NCBI GenBank assembly: GCA_039096225.1
Contig: JBBPEB010000023.1
Span: 186,001-250,000, forward strand
Source: Blastocystis sp. Blastoise
Taxonomy: Eukaryota > Protista > Bigyra: Opalinata
Direction of reading: 5' to 3'
DNA: 64,000 nucleotides
The position numbers and the translations under genes were made by a program. The notes beneath the pieces were generated by a model. That model did not search any database. It was not told the DNA's origin and saw nothing but the letters and a program-made list of their open reading frames with translations. The stretch's first letter is position 1. The number at the start of each line of letters is the position of its first letter. Shown here piece by piece: positions 1-16,554 of the stretch.

Positions 1-1336
1 ATTGGCACTCTCCAACTATATGAAATAAAAGAAAAACATACTATGAAAATACATGTTAAGAAAAGTAACAATAAAATAAAGATCATATGACTCATTTGAT
101 CAGGTTTTCATATATATATCTTATTTTATTGATCGAATACGTTTAGAATAGAGCAGATTATTCAAATAAAACACATCCAAATTAAAGTTTGCCTTTTTTT
201 TTTGTTTTTTATTATTGGAGAAGCGTGGAACAATCGTGGAGTCTTTTTCTTTCAAAGTCTTTTCTTTCATAAACATGTGTTTTGATGAATCAATTTAATT
301 CATGGATACTCTAGAATATCATAAACAAACGTCTATTCATTTGAACTGCATTAATGAAGTAACATTTTGATTGTTTGTAATTATTATTCTTTTTAAATCA
401 AATGTTAATCAGTTTAATACTCATGATTTGAATATGAAGTTTCCCGAAATTATCATTTTTAAATAAGAATTGCAAAATTATATTGATTTAACAATCATAA
501 ATGTGTTCAAGTGTAAAGATTCTTTTTCTTATTATAACAATTTCAGTCAATTTACTATATTTATATGAATACTGATATTTTCATTTGCAAGAGAGTATTA
601 TTCAGGTTGTTCCATAGCAAAATGTTGTTTTTTACCCTAGAAAAAAGAAGATTCTTTATATTATTATAAGGATGGTATTTCCTAAAGAATAGCAATTGTT
701 TCTAAGCATAATAACTATTCAAAAAAAGATATAATGTGTTGTTTCAGTTATAATATGTTGAATAGAATTTCTAATCTTCTTCTTGGTTTCTACAATCTTT
801 ATTTCATAAAATGATAAAACTATTTCAAAATAATACTTTATGAAAACAAAAGGAAATAGAAAAAAAATAAAATCTCTTCACAAAAACTATGTTTTCTTTC
901 ATTGAATTTGTTTTTTTTTTTAAGTTATGTTGTTCTTCATTTAGTATGCATTTGTTATTTAAAGAAAGACTCAGAAAAGAAAATTGATTTTCTAATAATT
1001 CACTGGTAGTTAAAGATTTATATACTATTTAATATCAATGGGTATTCATACATATATATATTCATGTATATAATCAATTTGATAAAATGGATTCACGTTT
1101 GTGGAAGAAGAGAAACAAATAAAAAAAAAGAAGAAAAATAGGAAGACACAATTTCATTGGTTGTTGACAGCAGACTTCGAATTAGCCAATAAGATCGGTT
1201 AAGATAAAACTGGATATTCCCATGAAAAATGGGATCACACGAAACAACACGAAAGCCCTTTGTTTGTCATGGCACAGTTATAAGAAAACTTTTGTTTTCA
1301 TATTGAATGTGAAATTCTAATTATCTTATTGAAATT

Positions 1337-2630
1337 ATGGATTTGAAAAAGAATCAAATACCAGATCTTCAAAAGGTTGTATCAAATCCTGTTAAACCAG
1401 GTGTTTACTCAGAGATGTGGAGTGATATTGTTCAAATCACTACTGGTGAAGATCCTTCTTCTATTATTCAAACTAAAGTTAACATACCTTATAAAGGAAT
1501 TTCTTATACACTAAGTTTAGGTCGTTCACAAGAAGATATTTTAGTTGGAACAAATATTAAATATCAAAATACTAATTTTTTAGGAGAGATTCAAGTTGAT
1601 AAAGACCAATCGATAAGTATACAAACATATTCAGAATTAAGTAAACAAGTTCTTGCCACATTAGGGTTTACTGTATATATTATTATTATTATTTTATTAT
1701 TATGTTTTTTATTATATTTATTATTATGTTTATTATTTTATTATTATTATTATATTATTATGTTTATTATGTTATTATTATTATTATATTATTATGTTTA
1801 TTATTATATATAGCATTCTTTAGAAAATAAGATTATTAATTATAATGTTGGTATTCAATATTCAAATAAAAACTGTGGCATGCAATTAATGGTATATATT
1901 TTGTTTTAATAATATATATTTATATTATTATTATTTATTATATATAATATATTTATTATAGATTAATAACACACAAGGATTATCAGCTACTTATTTACAA
2001 ACATTAACTAATTCTTTACATGTGGGATCCGAAGTATGGTATGATTGCTTTCATCATAATGATATATTCTTTTCTACTGCTATTCGCTATACGAATCCTA
2101 TTGCTACATTTATTATGGCTTATACATCAAGTTATTTACTCTGTCTTCATTATTTACAAGCTATTACTGATAATTTACATGTTGCTGCAAATGCAAATAT
2201 ATCACTTGCTTTTAATCCAGTGAAGATTGATGTATATTATATATTTATCATATTTATTATTTATTATATTTTTTATTTATATCATATTTATTATTTATAT
2301 CATATTTATTATTTATATACTATTTATTCTATTTATATCTATTTATTCTATTTATATCTATTTATTCTATTTATATCTATTTATTAGTGTTCTTCTTCAA
2401 TTGGAGCATTATTTATTCATCCCCAAAGTGGAATCAAATTATTGTATATAATTATAGTATTATTAATAATATATATATATATATATATATATTATATTAT
2501 AGAACTAATGTAAATTTGAATGGAGTATTAAAAGCTTCTTTAAGTAAATCTATTTCTAAAGATGTCGATCTCTCTTTAATGGCATCGGTTAATCCATTTA
2601 ATGATAAATTACAAGCTTTGTAAATATATA

Positions 2631-2699
<69 letters not shown>

Positions 2700-2821
2700 A
2701 TAGGTTTAAAATTCATTACGGTTCGCAAGAGAAAAAGAAAGTATCTGTATCACCTCTCTATTCAAACCATATTAATAATAATAAACAATTCAAAGATTTT
2801 ACTCATCTATTTACTAATTAA
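1337..2821 (+). CDS. TOM40: Tom40-like mitochondrial outer-membrane beta-barrel (eukaryotic porin family), about 6 exons
   Basis: Spliced GT-AG model gives NPVKPGVYSEM (cf. Tom40 N-terminal PG-x-F/Y-EE helix), ATYLQTLTNSLHVGSEVWY, HYLQAITDNLHVAAN and NVNLNGVLKASLSK, an alternating beta-strand pattern typical of Tom40. The frame of the last exon is less certain. Confidence 0.7.
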
Positions 2822-3696
2822 AATTATTTATTAACAATATATATATATTTTTTATTTTATATTAATTAATTGTCCTTCTATTACATATATTTATTGTACT
2901 CTAATTGTTTTACTCTTTTGATATATATATATATATATATATTTTTGTTATTTGCATATTTTTATCAGTGTCTATTTTCCTTTTATTGTTCATTTTTGTA
3001 TTTATTGTTCTTGTATATCCTTTTATACCTTTTGATACATATTTTTTTGTTGCTATTGTTTTTATTTTATTTATTATTGCTTATATGTTCGCTTTAATTT
3101 GTAAAAGTTTCAAATGTTTTTTTTTTTGGTTTGTTTTCGTTGAATATTATATTCTATCATTAAATAACTTTTATTTTATTTGAATATGACTATCCTATAA
3201 AAATTAATATATAAAAAATCTTGTATATTTTTTTAAATCTAAAAAAATCAATCACGAATCATACAATTTTCATTATTAACACATGCAAATTAGAGTATCC
3301 TATCTCATCATAAATTAAAAATCTAATAAAGCTACAAAATATATAGCAAAAGTCTTTATCTATCTAATAAAAAAAAATTTTAAAACATAACATAAAATAC
3401 AAATCTAGAATAAACTGTAGAAAAGTGATTATTTATAAAAATCACAGAGAGATTGAGAAATATTCTTGAAAATTCACGATTTATAAAAGGAGAAGGATTT
3501 GTGTTTCTATTCAAAAATAGAGAAATGCTTGTGATTGGCAACAGGAAACAAAAAGTTCTCTAATTTCTTCAGTATAAATCTTCAAATATCCACGGGAATC
3601 CTTGAGATTTTTTAAGGTAATGGTATTTCAAATCCTACTTTTTTTATTAAATAGTTATCAACGTTATTTAGTATAGTTCTCTATCATTTCCTTTCA

Positions 3697-5162
<1,466 letters not shown>

Positions 5163-5499
5163 AAATAATCATATAAAGAATTATAAATACTTATAATTCT
5201 CATTCTTCTTATATATATATTATTTCTTATCATATTGATATAAATAATACATTCTTTTTATTTTTGTTCAGTATTTTATTATAAGTTAAACATTTATATA
5301 TACATAATTATAACATTTTTAAATAAATTACAAAACTAAGTAATAAAAAATAATAAATTAAAAAAAATATGAAATGCAACAAAAAGGAAAAACAATCAAA
5401 AGAGAAAAATGTTTAAATGAAAAAAATAATAATAGAATTGATATATTATCAACATAATATGAATATACAAATAAATATATTATAGATTGAGAAATCATA

Positions 5500-5596
5500 C
5501 ACTATAAGACATTTTTGACCTTTTAACAAATATGATTGGCTATCTATGATTATTAGTCCAATCAATTTGTTTAAAATGACAAAACTGTCCGTAGTG
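5500..5596. repeat. Imperfect ~97-nt inverted repeat (hairpin) between convergent genes
   Basis: Nested complementary blocks CACTA/TAGTG, GACA/TGTC, TTTTG/CAAAA, AACAAAT/ATTTGTT, TGATTGG/CCAATCA and CTA/TAG. Confidence 0.7.
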
Positions 5597-5675
5597 ATAT
5601 ATAATAAAAACAAAATTCTGTGTTTAGAATTAAAAATACATAAAATTATAATACAAGAGTATATATATTTTCTTT

Positions 5676-8008
5676 TTATTGAAGTACTTTTCGATTTAAA
5701 ACAACTTGATTTCCAGTTTCATCTTCTTCAACTTCAACTTCTTCAATTTCATCAAAATCACTATCTTTCATATTAACAGGAGTTTTAGGAACAGAAGGAA
5801 GAGAAGCAGCTAAAGAAAAACCATTTAGAATAGAATTAGTAGTAGTATTAGTATTATTAGTAGTAGTATTATTATTTGAAATAATGTCATTATGAATAAC
5901 AGGAGTACGTTCTTCACGAATAAAATTTGATTCGAATAATTGTTTATTATTATTATTATTATTTAATTGAGATACAATTGTAGAAGGAAGAGAAGGAGAA
6001 GAAGAAGTAGAAGCTGTAGAATTTATAGTATTTTTATTTTGTGATATAGATACTGAATGATCTTTTTGATTTGTTGTTACAGGAATATTATTCATTTGTG
6101 TTCTAAGAAGAGGAGGAGGAGAAGGAGAACTATGTACTGAATTAATATCTATATCAATCGGCATAAATGTATTTGCTATTGATGTATTTAATGAATTCGA
6201 TTGCTTTATATTATTAGTAGTTTTATTAGTATTATTAGTATTAGTAGTAGTAGTTTTATTAGTATTAGTATTATTATTATTAGTAGTAGTAGTGGAATAG
6301 AGAGAATGAGAAAGAGGAACTGACTCAAAAGGATTTTGAGATATAGATGAATGAAGAGAAGAAAGAGTATTCATGTTTTTATTCATATTTGTATTATTAT
6401 TGACATTACTCATATTATTATTTATATTCATATTATTATTCACATTATTCATATTATTATTTATATTCATATTATTATTCATATTATAATTATAGGATTG
6501 TGTATATTCAGAAGGTAATTTAGGTTCATGATTTAATAAATTACTTTCTGATATATTATATTTCATTTCTAAAAGAGATTGAGGAGTAGGTTGAGATATA
6601 GAAGTGGAAACTGAAGTGGAAACTGAAGGAACACTATCTTCAGCATAAGAAGGAAATAGAGTTGATGACGAAGGCTTCATCGATGGAATAGAATCATTTG
6701 TTACTAACGGTTGAACATGAAGAGGGATATAATTAGTTGTTGAAGTTGTTTGTGTATTTCTATTTATATTCATATTATTATTATTATACATATTTGAATT
6801 CATATTATTATTTATAGTTTGATTTGATAAATATGAATTAGTATCAAGAGAAATATTCTTATTCATTATACTATTAGTATTACTATTAGATACTATAGTT
6901 TGTTCTGAAGGAACAGAAGATATTGATTGGCTAGTATTCAATGACGCAGGTAGCGTATTAGGGGATGGTAACGGCTTTGGTATTGTAGAAGGAAGATTTG
7001 TAGCAACATTCACTATTGGTTCTTGATAAGGTGTTTGATTGGCCAATTGAAGAGGGATCTGTGAGGGATCTGAAAGTGTAGTATTAATATTAGTATTATT
7101 AGTAGTATTAGTATTAGTAGTAGTACTAATATGAGTAGAAGAAGGAGGAGTAGTAGGAACAGCAGGAGTAGAAGAAGGCATAGATCCTATATATAGATAT
7201 ATATAGATATATATAGATATATATATATATACCTGGTAGTTGCATACCTCCAAAGAATGGCATATAATAAATAGGATTCTATATATATATTATTATTATT
7301 ATTATTATTAACATAATAATAATATATAAATATATACAGGAATAGAAATAAGTGCGTCACAAGTACAATGGAAATGTGTACAACCAATAGTATATAACTA
7401 ATATATATATATATATATATATTATTATTATTATTATTATATATATAAAATATTTCCTTTACAATTTGGGCATACCATTAAAGCTTTATATATATATAAT
7501 ATATATAATATATTTAATAAATACCTTTATTACAAGGAAGAATAAAATTTTCAAAATTAAATTTATTAATAGCACCACAAGATCCACAAGATACTTGAGG
7601 AACGCCTAATGGAAAAAGAATTCGAGATTTGCACATTCCACAAACAGCTAGATATCCTTCTGAGGCCATTGTATGTGGATTTAGTTGTGGATTTTGAATG
7701 GTATTAGGAACTTGTTGAGGTTGTATATTATTCGAGTTAACATCATAGAGTTGTTTGGATGGTTCCTTTTCTTTATGTGGTTGACATTGTTCTAATGTTC
7801 TTGGTGAAGGAGGTAATGGCATTGGATTATTTCCAAAAGGTTGATCAAGAAGAGGTCTGGTGTCGTCTTTCGTAGAGAATTTCTCTTTCATATTAGTAAA
7901 AGTTTTTCTAAGTGAACTAGAAAAAGATTGATTGTTGTTTGTTTGAGGAACTTCTGTTGGACTCTGATACATAGCATTCGCTTGGGAAGACAATAAAGGT
8001 GTATTCAT
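5676..8008 (-). CDS. Protein with two LSD1-type zinc-finger-like motifs and a long N/S/T/P-rich disordered tail
   Basis: CGMCKSRILFPLGVPQVSCGSC and (spliced) CPNCKGNILYTIGCTHFHCTC fit the CxxC-x3-hL(Y/F)xxG-x5-C-x1/2-C pattern. Small middle exons; the long terminal exon is the ORF from 5676 to about 7186. Confidence 0.7.
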
Positions 8009-9022
8009 TATTGAACTATTTTAAAGAATAAAGTGACATAAAATAAATACTCGAAACAAAATAGGATTAAATGAACAAAACGTATACTCTAAAAAAAGTC
8101 AGTTGTTTCGAGTTTCTTAGAAGTTCGTTTCTCTGTATCCAATTGAATAATATTCGTGATTATTTTCAATTTTCTTAGGGAAATAATGTATTTATTCACG
8201 ATACTGTGAATGTGTGTTTTTAAGAAGACAAAATAGATTCTTTTATTATCTCATGTTTTGTCAGGTTTAGAATTCAAATTGTATTCAAGCTACATATCAA
8301 ATTATGTTTTTCTTATGTGTTTCATTATTGCCTCAAAGAATATCATGAGTACTTGATATCTAAAGGTTATTTCTCTGAAAACTAATTATTCTTGACACGA
8401 CATTTATTTTTTTTAATGTCTATAGAGAATAGATTTATATTGATGTTTTGTTAGAAGAAATCCAGATCATCAAGATTTGAGATATGTCATATTTAATGGC
8501 AACAAACGTTTTCATATTCAATATATATGCTCATCCAAATATGTCTGTTATTAAACAATAATCGGATTTGTCAAAAAAATGTAAAATTTGCGTGTTATAC
8601 ATACTCAAACCAAAACTATTTGTTCTTCTTTTCTATTATTGCGTAATCTTTACAAGATTAATATCAATATATAGAGAGAGAGAACAAAGATACGTACAAC
8701 GAACATATATAAATATATATACCAGCAATAATAAGTATAAATAAATAAAAACAAAAAATTTAAAAAAGTCAGTTTGACTGAAATATACTGAAAAATAAGA
8801 TTGAGGCACTGAATACGGCTGAAAAGACGTCATAAAACTTTCAGAATGATTCATTTCTTCTATTTTAATATGCTCATGAATAGAACTTAAAAAGAACAAA
8901 TGGAAAACCTATTTATTTTTTGTATCGTTTTTTCGAACTTAGAAAAGGTATTTATTTTTAATATTTAGTTTTAAGAAATATATTTTAGATCTAGAATACA
9001 TTGATCTATAAAGTTTTTAATT

Positions 9023-10342
<1,320 letters not shown>

Positions 10343-11096
10343 ATAATCATATGAATCAATTATTTATTTATTTTTATATATTTGGGGATCTATTTTTTTA
10401 TTTTATATATATATAATCTATATTAAAAAGCCTTACTTTTCTTTTTTTTATTATTTTCATTGTTTTCTATCTCTTTTTATGATATAAACTCTTTATTTTA
10501 TTCGTTTTGCTTATCTTCTTTGTATAAAAATATTTTGCTTTTAACTGTTTTTTCATATAACTACAAATTCGATTTTCTTCATCTTTTAATTATACAAATA
10601 GAAAAATGTGTTCTAAATATATTTTTTTTTCTCTTAGCATGTTAGAATTAGGGTTCCCTATTTAACATATCACTTTTTCAATATTAAGAAACTATAAAAT
10701 AGAACAAATCAAAGCCATCATCGTATAGTATTATAATAAAAACACTAGATTTGATAGCTATATGTTTCATGTATCATCTGCTTTTGATATCACTTATTCG
10801 TATTCCTTTAGAATAAACTATGAGAGCATAATTAACCAAAATACAACAATAAAAGAGAAAAGAACAGAGAAACATAGAAAACAAAAAAATAAACATGAAA
10901 TAATCAATAGATCCTCTAAGAATTGAATAATAATCGAGGGGAGTCGATAATTCCGAGAGGGTTCTCCATTTTTTATAATTCAATAATAACCAGATAAATG
11001 CTGATAAATGCTTGGTATACCTGTAAAGTCATTTTTTAATGATTCATTCTTTATAATTGATTTATCAACTCTAGAGCATCTTATTCAAGGTTTACC

Positions 11097-13229
11097 ATGA
11101 CGGACAATCAATCTGTATTAACTGTATTAGATAAGAGAGAATTAATTGTTCCTTGTCTTGATAAAAAGCAATTGAACAGCATTGCTCATGTCGTTGATAA
11201 ATATAAACATATTCTTGGTTATCAATGGACTCCAGATGCTAAAAGAATTGTTAAAAGAACTGACTATGATGTGAAAGAAACTACTTTTTTAACTACAATC
11301 GCATGTATTACTCCTATGATATTCATTAAATGGCTTACTTTATGGAAACGTGTAGGTCTTAGTGTTGGTATGTTTATAATTAGCATTATTTTTTTTAATA
11401 TTTCATGAATATATTTTAATGCATATATATATCTTTAATCTAATTATATAAAATAGGTGCTGGTATTCCAATTGGTTATTTAATAGGTCAACATGATCGT
11501 AAACGTGGTTTAACAAATTTATGTGATTCAACAGATCAAGAAATTGGTAGAAAACTTCGTGAAAGGTATATAGAGGCGTTATTATATTTATTATTGTATT
11601 TTTTATGCTTATATTATTTTTTATTTTTTTATTTTTTTATTTTTTATGATTCTTTTTTATGATTATTTTTATTATTTATTATGATAATATTTATTATATA
11701 TAGTATATTTTTAAAAGGCCATGATAGTGTAGCAAGTCGTTATTTAATTGCTAGAGGATATGGTGGACTGTATATATATATAATAATAAATAGTAATAAT
11801 AATATTATTTTTATTATTATTATATTCAATAATGATAATAATCCTAAGTTTATCCTAATAATAATATAGTTCTTACCCTGCAAGTCAAGGTAATATTAAT
11901 CATGTAACAATAACTGATGATTATGAACGTAGTGGAAAAGCTTATACAAAGTTAGTATATGTAGAAGGTGAATTAGAAGATGTAGTAGGTATATTAAATC
12001 ACATAACAGTAAGAGATATGCGATCTTTTGGATTAAAAGGTCATTTAACAGGAGTAGAAGGAACTATTATTCCTTGGAATAAACATTATAAAGCTACTAT
12101 TAAAGTACATTCAGTACCTAAGAAAGCAAATCAAAAGGAAATTAAAAATATACAAAAAGAAGAAGAAATTAAAAATAAAGAGAATAATAGAGGTATTGAA
12201 AATCAAATGGAATCTTTTTTTATTTCTAGAAAGGATGAAAATGATCTGATTCAAGCTGAAATTGAACGTATAAAAAAAGAAGTTTTAAAATCTACTATAG
12301 AAGAAGTTACTGCTAAAGAACTAAAAGACATTCATCAACGTGTTGTAGACAAAACTTATGGAAAGAAAAATATATATAATCAAATAAAGAAATCCATTAA
12401 TCATCAGCCTACAAAAGAAGAAATTGAACAAGCAGAGCAAATTGGTATATATATAGAGTTATATTTTATACATTCTTTCTTGTTTTTTAATAGGAATTAT
12501 ATTCTAATTTTTTTTTTTTTTTTGTTATTTTTTTTTTATAATTATTGTTTTTTTATAATTCTTTTTTTTTTTTTAAGAATATATATATATATTCATGATA
12601 TTATAAATTGCTCTTGAAAAAGGTTATGCATATAATAAGAATGCAATGATTCAGAAGGATTCAGACCCTATTCAGCGTGATTTATCCAAAAATACATTAA
12701 CTACTGCAACACTTGAAAGAGAAATCGAAGAAAAAGAAGAAGAAGAAGAGTATTTATGTTTATTATTATTATTATTATTATTATCTGAAATATTATCTTT
12801 ATTATTATTATCTTTATTATTATTAATAACGTTATTAACACAAATTATTATTATAGAGAAGATTTCGATTATTTATATGAAGATCTTATTGGTACTATTG
12901 TTCCTCCTGAGACAGAAATACATACTAAACAAGAAGATCCTGAGTTTTTTGATCCTATATTTGAGGATGTATTAGGTACTCCTCTTCCTCCTTCTTCTCC
13001 TCTTACTGAAGATAATGTCGATACTTCCGATTATTATTCTTGGAAAGATAATGAAGAAGAACATTCTAAAATTAATACTAATACGGTTTCTATTGAAGGT
13101 CACCAACAACAACACTTTGAAGGATTACCGAAGATGACGCATGCGATGTCAGAATCCAACTTCCAATCAAATAGCAATGAACGTAATAATAATCTCTCTA
13201 GTATCAATAATAAAGTATTAAAAGAATAA
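11097..13229 (+). CDS. Unknown protein: two N-terminal hydrophobic segments, coiled/acidic C-terminus, about 6 exons
   Basis: GT-AG exons join in frame from MTDNQS to ...NNKVLKE*. No family recognised. Confidence 0.7.
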
Positions 13230-14309
13230 AGAATTATTCTATATCTCTTATCCTATATGTAGTTATTTCATATCTATATATATACACATTTTTCTATTCT
13301 TTTCTTTTTTATTATATATTTTTATATCTTACTATTTCTCTCTATAATCTCTTTTCATATATATTTTATTATTCTTATCGTTTTATCTCTTCTTATTTTA
13401 TTCATCGTTGAAGACACGTAATTTTTATCCCAACTACTTTTATTACTAATAATTATTTATATACTCTTTTTAATATACTTATTCTTTCATATAATTATTC
13501 TTTCTATAATTATTCTTTCTATAATTATTCATTCATATAATTATTCTTTCATATCTACTTTTTTCATTATAACTGTCCATTATGATATTCTCAATTAATT
13601 CTTGTTTGTTTGTATAACTCACCTTTTTTATATACTTTTTTCTACAGTTTCATTTTTTTTTTTACTAAAAAACTTCCATTTTCAACCTATGATATACTCA
13701 TTCAAAATATTTAAATTACTTATATACATAATCTATGACTACAATATCTTTTTTTTATATTCAAAAAACTATAAAAAAACAAAATTTTATAAAAAAATTA
13801 CAAAAAAAAATGAATACCCTTTGTCTTTATGTGTCCGTGAATTGAACTTTATAAAATCATCTTTTTCATAGAATTCTATGTAAATTATATATAAATTATA
13901 TATAACTAAGGGTCATATCAACAAAATGTTCAAATAATACTTCTAGAAAAGTTGTTTCCCTTATAATATATAATCCTTTTATTTTGAATGCCAGTAATAA
14001 TTGAATATTTCTCAATTATATATATACCTAAAAAAACATAACAGAATATGTGTTCTTTCTGCCTCCACAAAATGAAATTCTTGAACATTCATGGTAATTT
14101 ATTGAAATGAAAGACAGCGATCGATTGGTTTATAGACTTATAGTAAATAATGAATGGTTGGTTTTATTTTCTAGAAATATAATTCGTTCACATTGAAACC
14201 ATCAAATGATTTATGGTTATAAAAAAGTAACCGATTTCCAGAAAAAGCCCATTTCAAGAAAAAAGATTCCACGATTATTGCTCTTATTTTTTATTATCAT
14301 TAGAAGAAC

Positions 14310-15327
14310 ATGGGAAATTGCATAAGTAACAATAACTCTGAAGATATCACATTCATATTCGATGATGGTACGAGATATATGATATCGAAAGAAACACTTG
14401 AACATAATCCTAATTGTCTACTTACAGAATTATATACAAGTCATAGAAACCTTACTCCTGAAGGTTATATTAAGATTAGGCATCAGAATTTCAAGTTTAG
14501 TATTATCAAAGAGATTCTTGAAGGAAAGTATTCTTTATTTAGTCGATTAAATACCAAAGATCTATGTACGTTTCAAAAAGAACTTTCTTATTATAATATG
14601 GATGATATGGATATATGGAATAAGAATAAGAAATATGTTTCTATCAAATCATTATTATTATCTCTTGCAGATTGTGGTTGTTTATTCTTAAAATCAAATT
14701 CAAATACTAATATTTCTGTAAAAGAATCATTTGCAATGGAATCTATTACATTCGATGTTTCAGGTATGTTTTTTTATTTATTATTTTTTTATTTTTTTTT
14801 TATTTATTTTTTTTTTTATTTATTTTTTTTTATTTATTTTTTTATATTTATTTTTTTATATAATTATTTATATTTATTTGTATAATTATTTATATTTATT
14901 TATATAATTATTTATATATTAGATGTCAAAGATATTGATAATGTCATAAAATTGTTGAACAAGTCCTTTACAAACCAGCAAATAGATAATATTGAATCCT
15001 ATGTTGAAGAACGTATATATTATGTTTATTATGTTTATGATGTTTATTATTATTATAGCAAAATTAGAAGATACAGCACCATTTCGACTTTTTTCCCATG
15101 TTTATATAATGAATCTATTCAATCTAAAATCAATTTTTTTACAAAGTATGTTATTATATTTATTATTATATTTTTTATATTTTTATTATATGTTATTATA
15201 TTTATTATTATAAAGATTATAAATGTTTATATCTATATAGATCATTATGATAATTCTATTGGTATTAATTATATTAACAAGGCACTTTCTCAACGAATTA
15301 ATCCTAATATTATATCTCTATCCATAT

Positions 15328-15366
<39 letters not shown>

Positions 15367-15514
15367 TTATTATTATTATTATTATACATTAGGTGAATCA
15401 TTTTCCTCGCGGGATATTACAGATTTCTGTAAAGTAATTCAACTGGGATGTTTACCCAAATTAGAACGATTAGAATTATCTGGTATATATATATATATAT
15501 TATTATTATTATTA

Positions 15515-15557
<43 letters not shown>

Positions 15558-16217
15558 AAGATATACTTCTCCTGAGATCGCTCAATGTGTAATAAATACC
15601 ATTCGATCACGTGCCTTGAAACAACTGACATATCTATCATTTGAAGGTATATACTAATATTATTATTATTATATATTATATATATAGAGAATCAGTTACC
15701 CTCTATATATATTGAGGATTTCTTCTCTTGTTTATATGATGATTGCTGCCCTTTACTTCAAGAACTCATTCTCTCTAGTATATATTATATATTATACTAT
15801 TATTAGTATATATTATTTTATATTATTATATATTATTTTATATTATTTTATATTATTATATATTATTTTATATTATTATATATTATTATATATTATTTTA
15901 TATTATTTTATATTATTTTATATTATTTTATATTATTTTATATTCCCGTGATTATTTATAGATAATGAAATTAAATATCATGCTATGGTGAAATTCTTTA
16001 ATTGTTGTAAAGAACAAAAATTCCCGCGATTAAAACGATTAGAATTAGCTAGTATGTTTTATATAATTATATATTATTATCTTTATAATATTCTATATTC
16101 CTCTTGATTGTATAGGTTGTCAATTATCTCCTGATTGTTTTGTATGTTTACTTAATATATTAAAACAACAGTATCTCTCGAACCTCGAAGATCTTGATAT
16201 TGCTTGTATATATATAC

Positions 16218-16265
<48 letters not shown>

Positions 16266-16554
16266 TTTTTATTATTATTATTATTCTTTTTATTATTATT
16301 ATTATGTTTATTATTATTATTATTATAGATAATCCTGTTGATTCTGATGAATTAAACGCATTGATTAATATATTTGCAGAAGAAAATTATATATCACTTA
16401 AATATATACATTTAGAAGGTAAATATATATATACTATGTATACTATATATCTATAGGTATATCAATAATAATTGATCCAATGTTATTACTTCAATTAAAA
16501 CAGAAAAATCAACTTCTGAAACTGACTCCTGAACGGTTGTTCTCCGTACATTGA
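14310..16554 (+). CDS. BTB/POZ-like + leucine-rich-repeat protein with N-terminal acylation motif, 11 exons
   Basis: MGNCIS (myristoyl/palmitoyl-type). ITFIFDDGTRYMISKETLEHNPNCLL...FSIIKEIL...KELSYY is KCTD-type BTB-like. Repeats such as LPKLERLELSG, FPRLKRLELAS and LSNLEDLDIA. Ten phase-1 introns. Confidence 0.85.

Noticed and set aside
12445-12622. Possible GT-TG intron ending at 12610
   Set aside because: A canonical AG at 12621-12622 keeps the frame, so no exception is needed.
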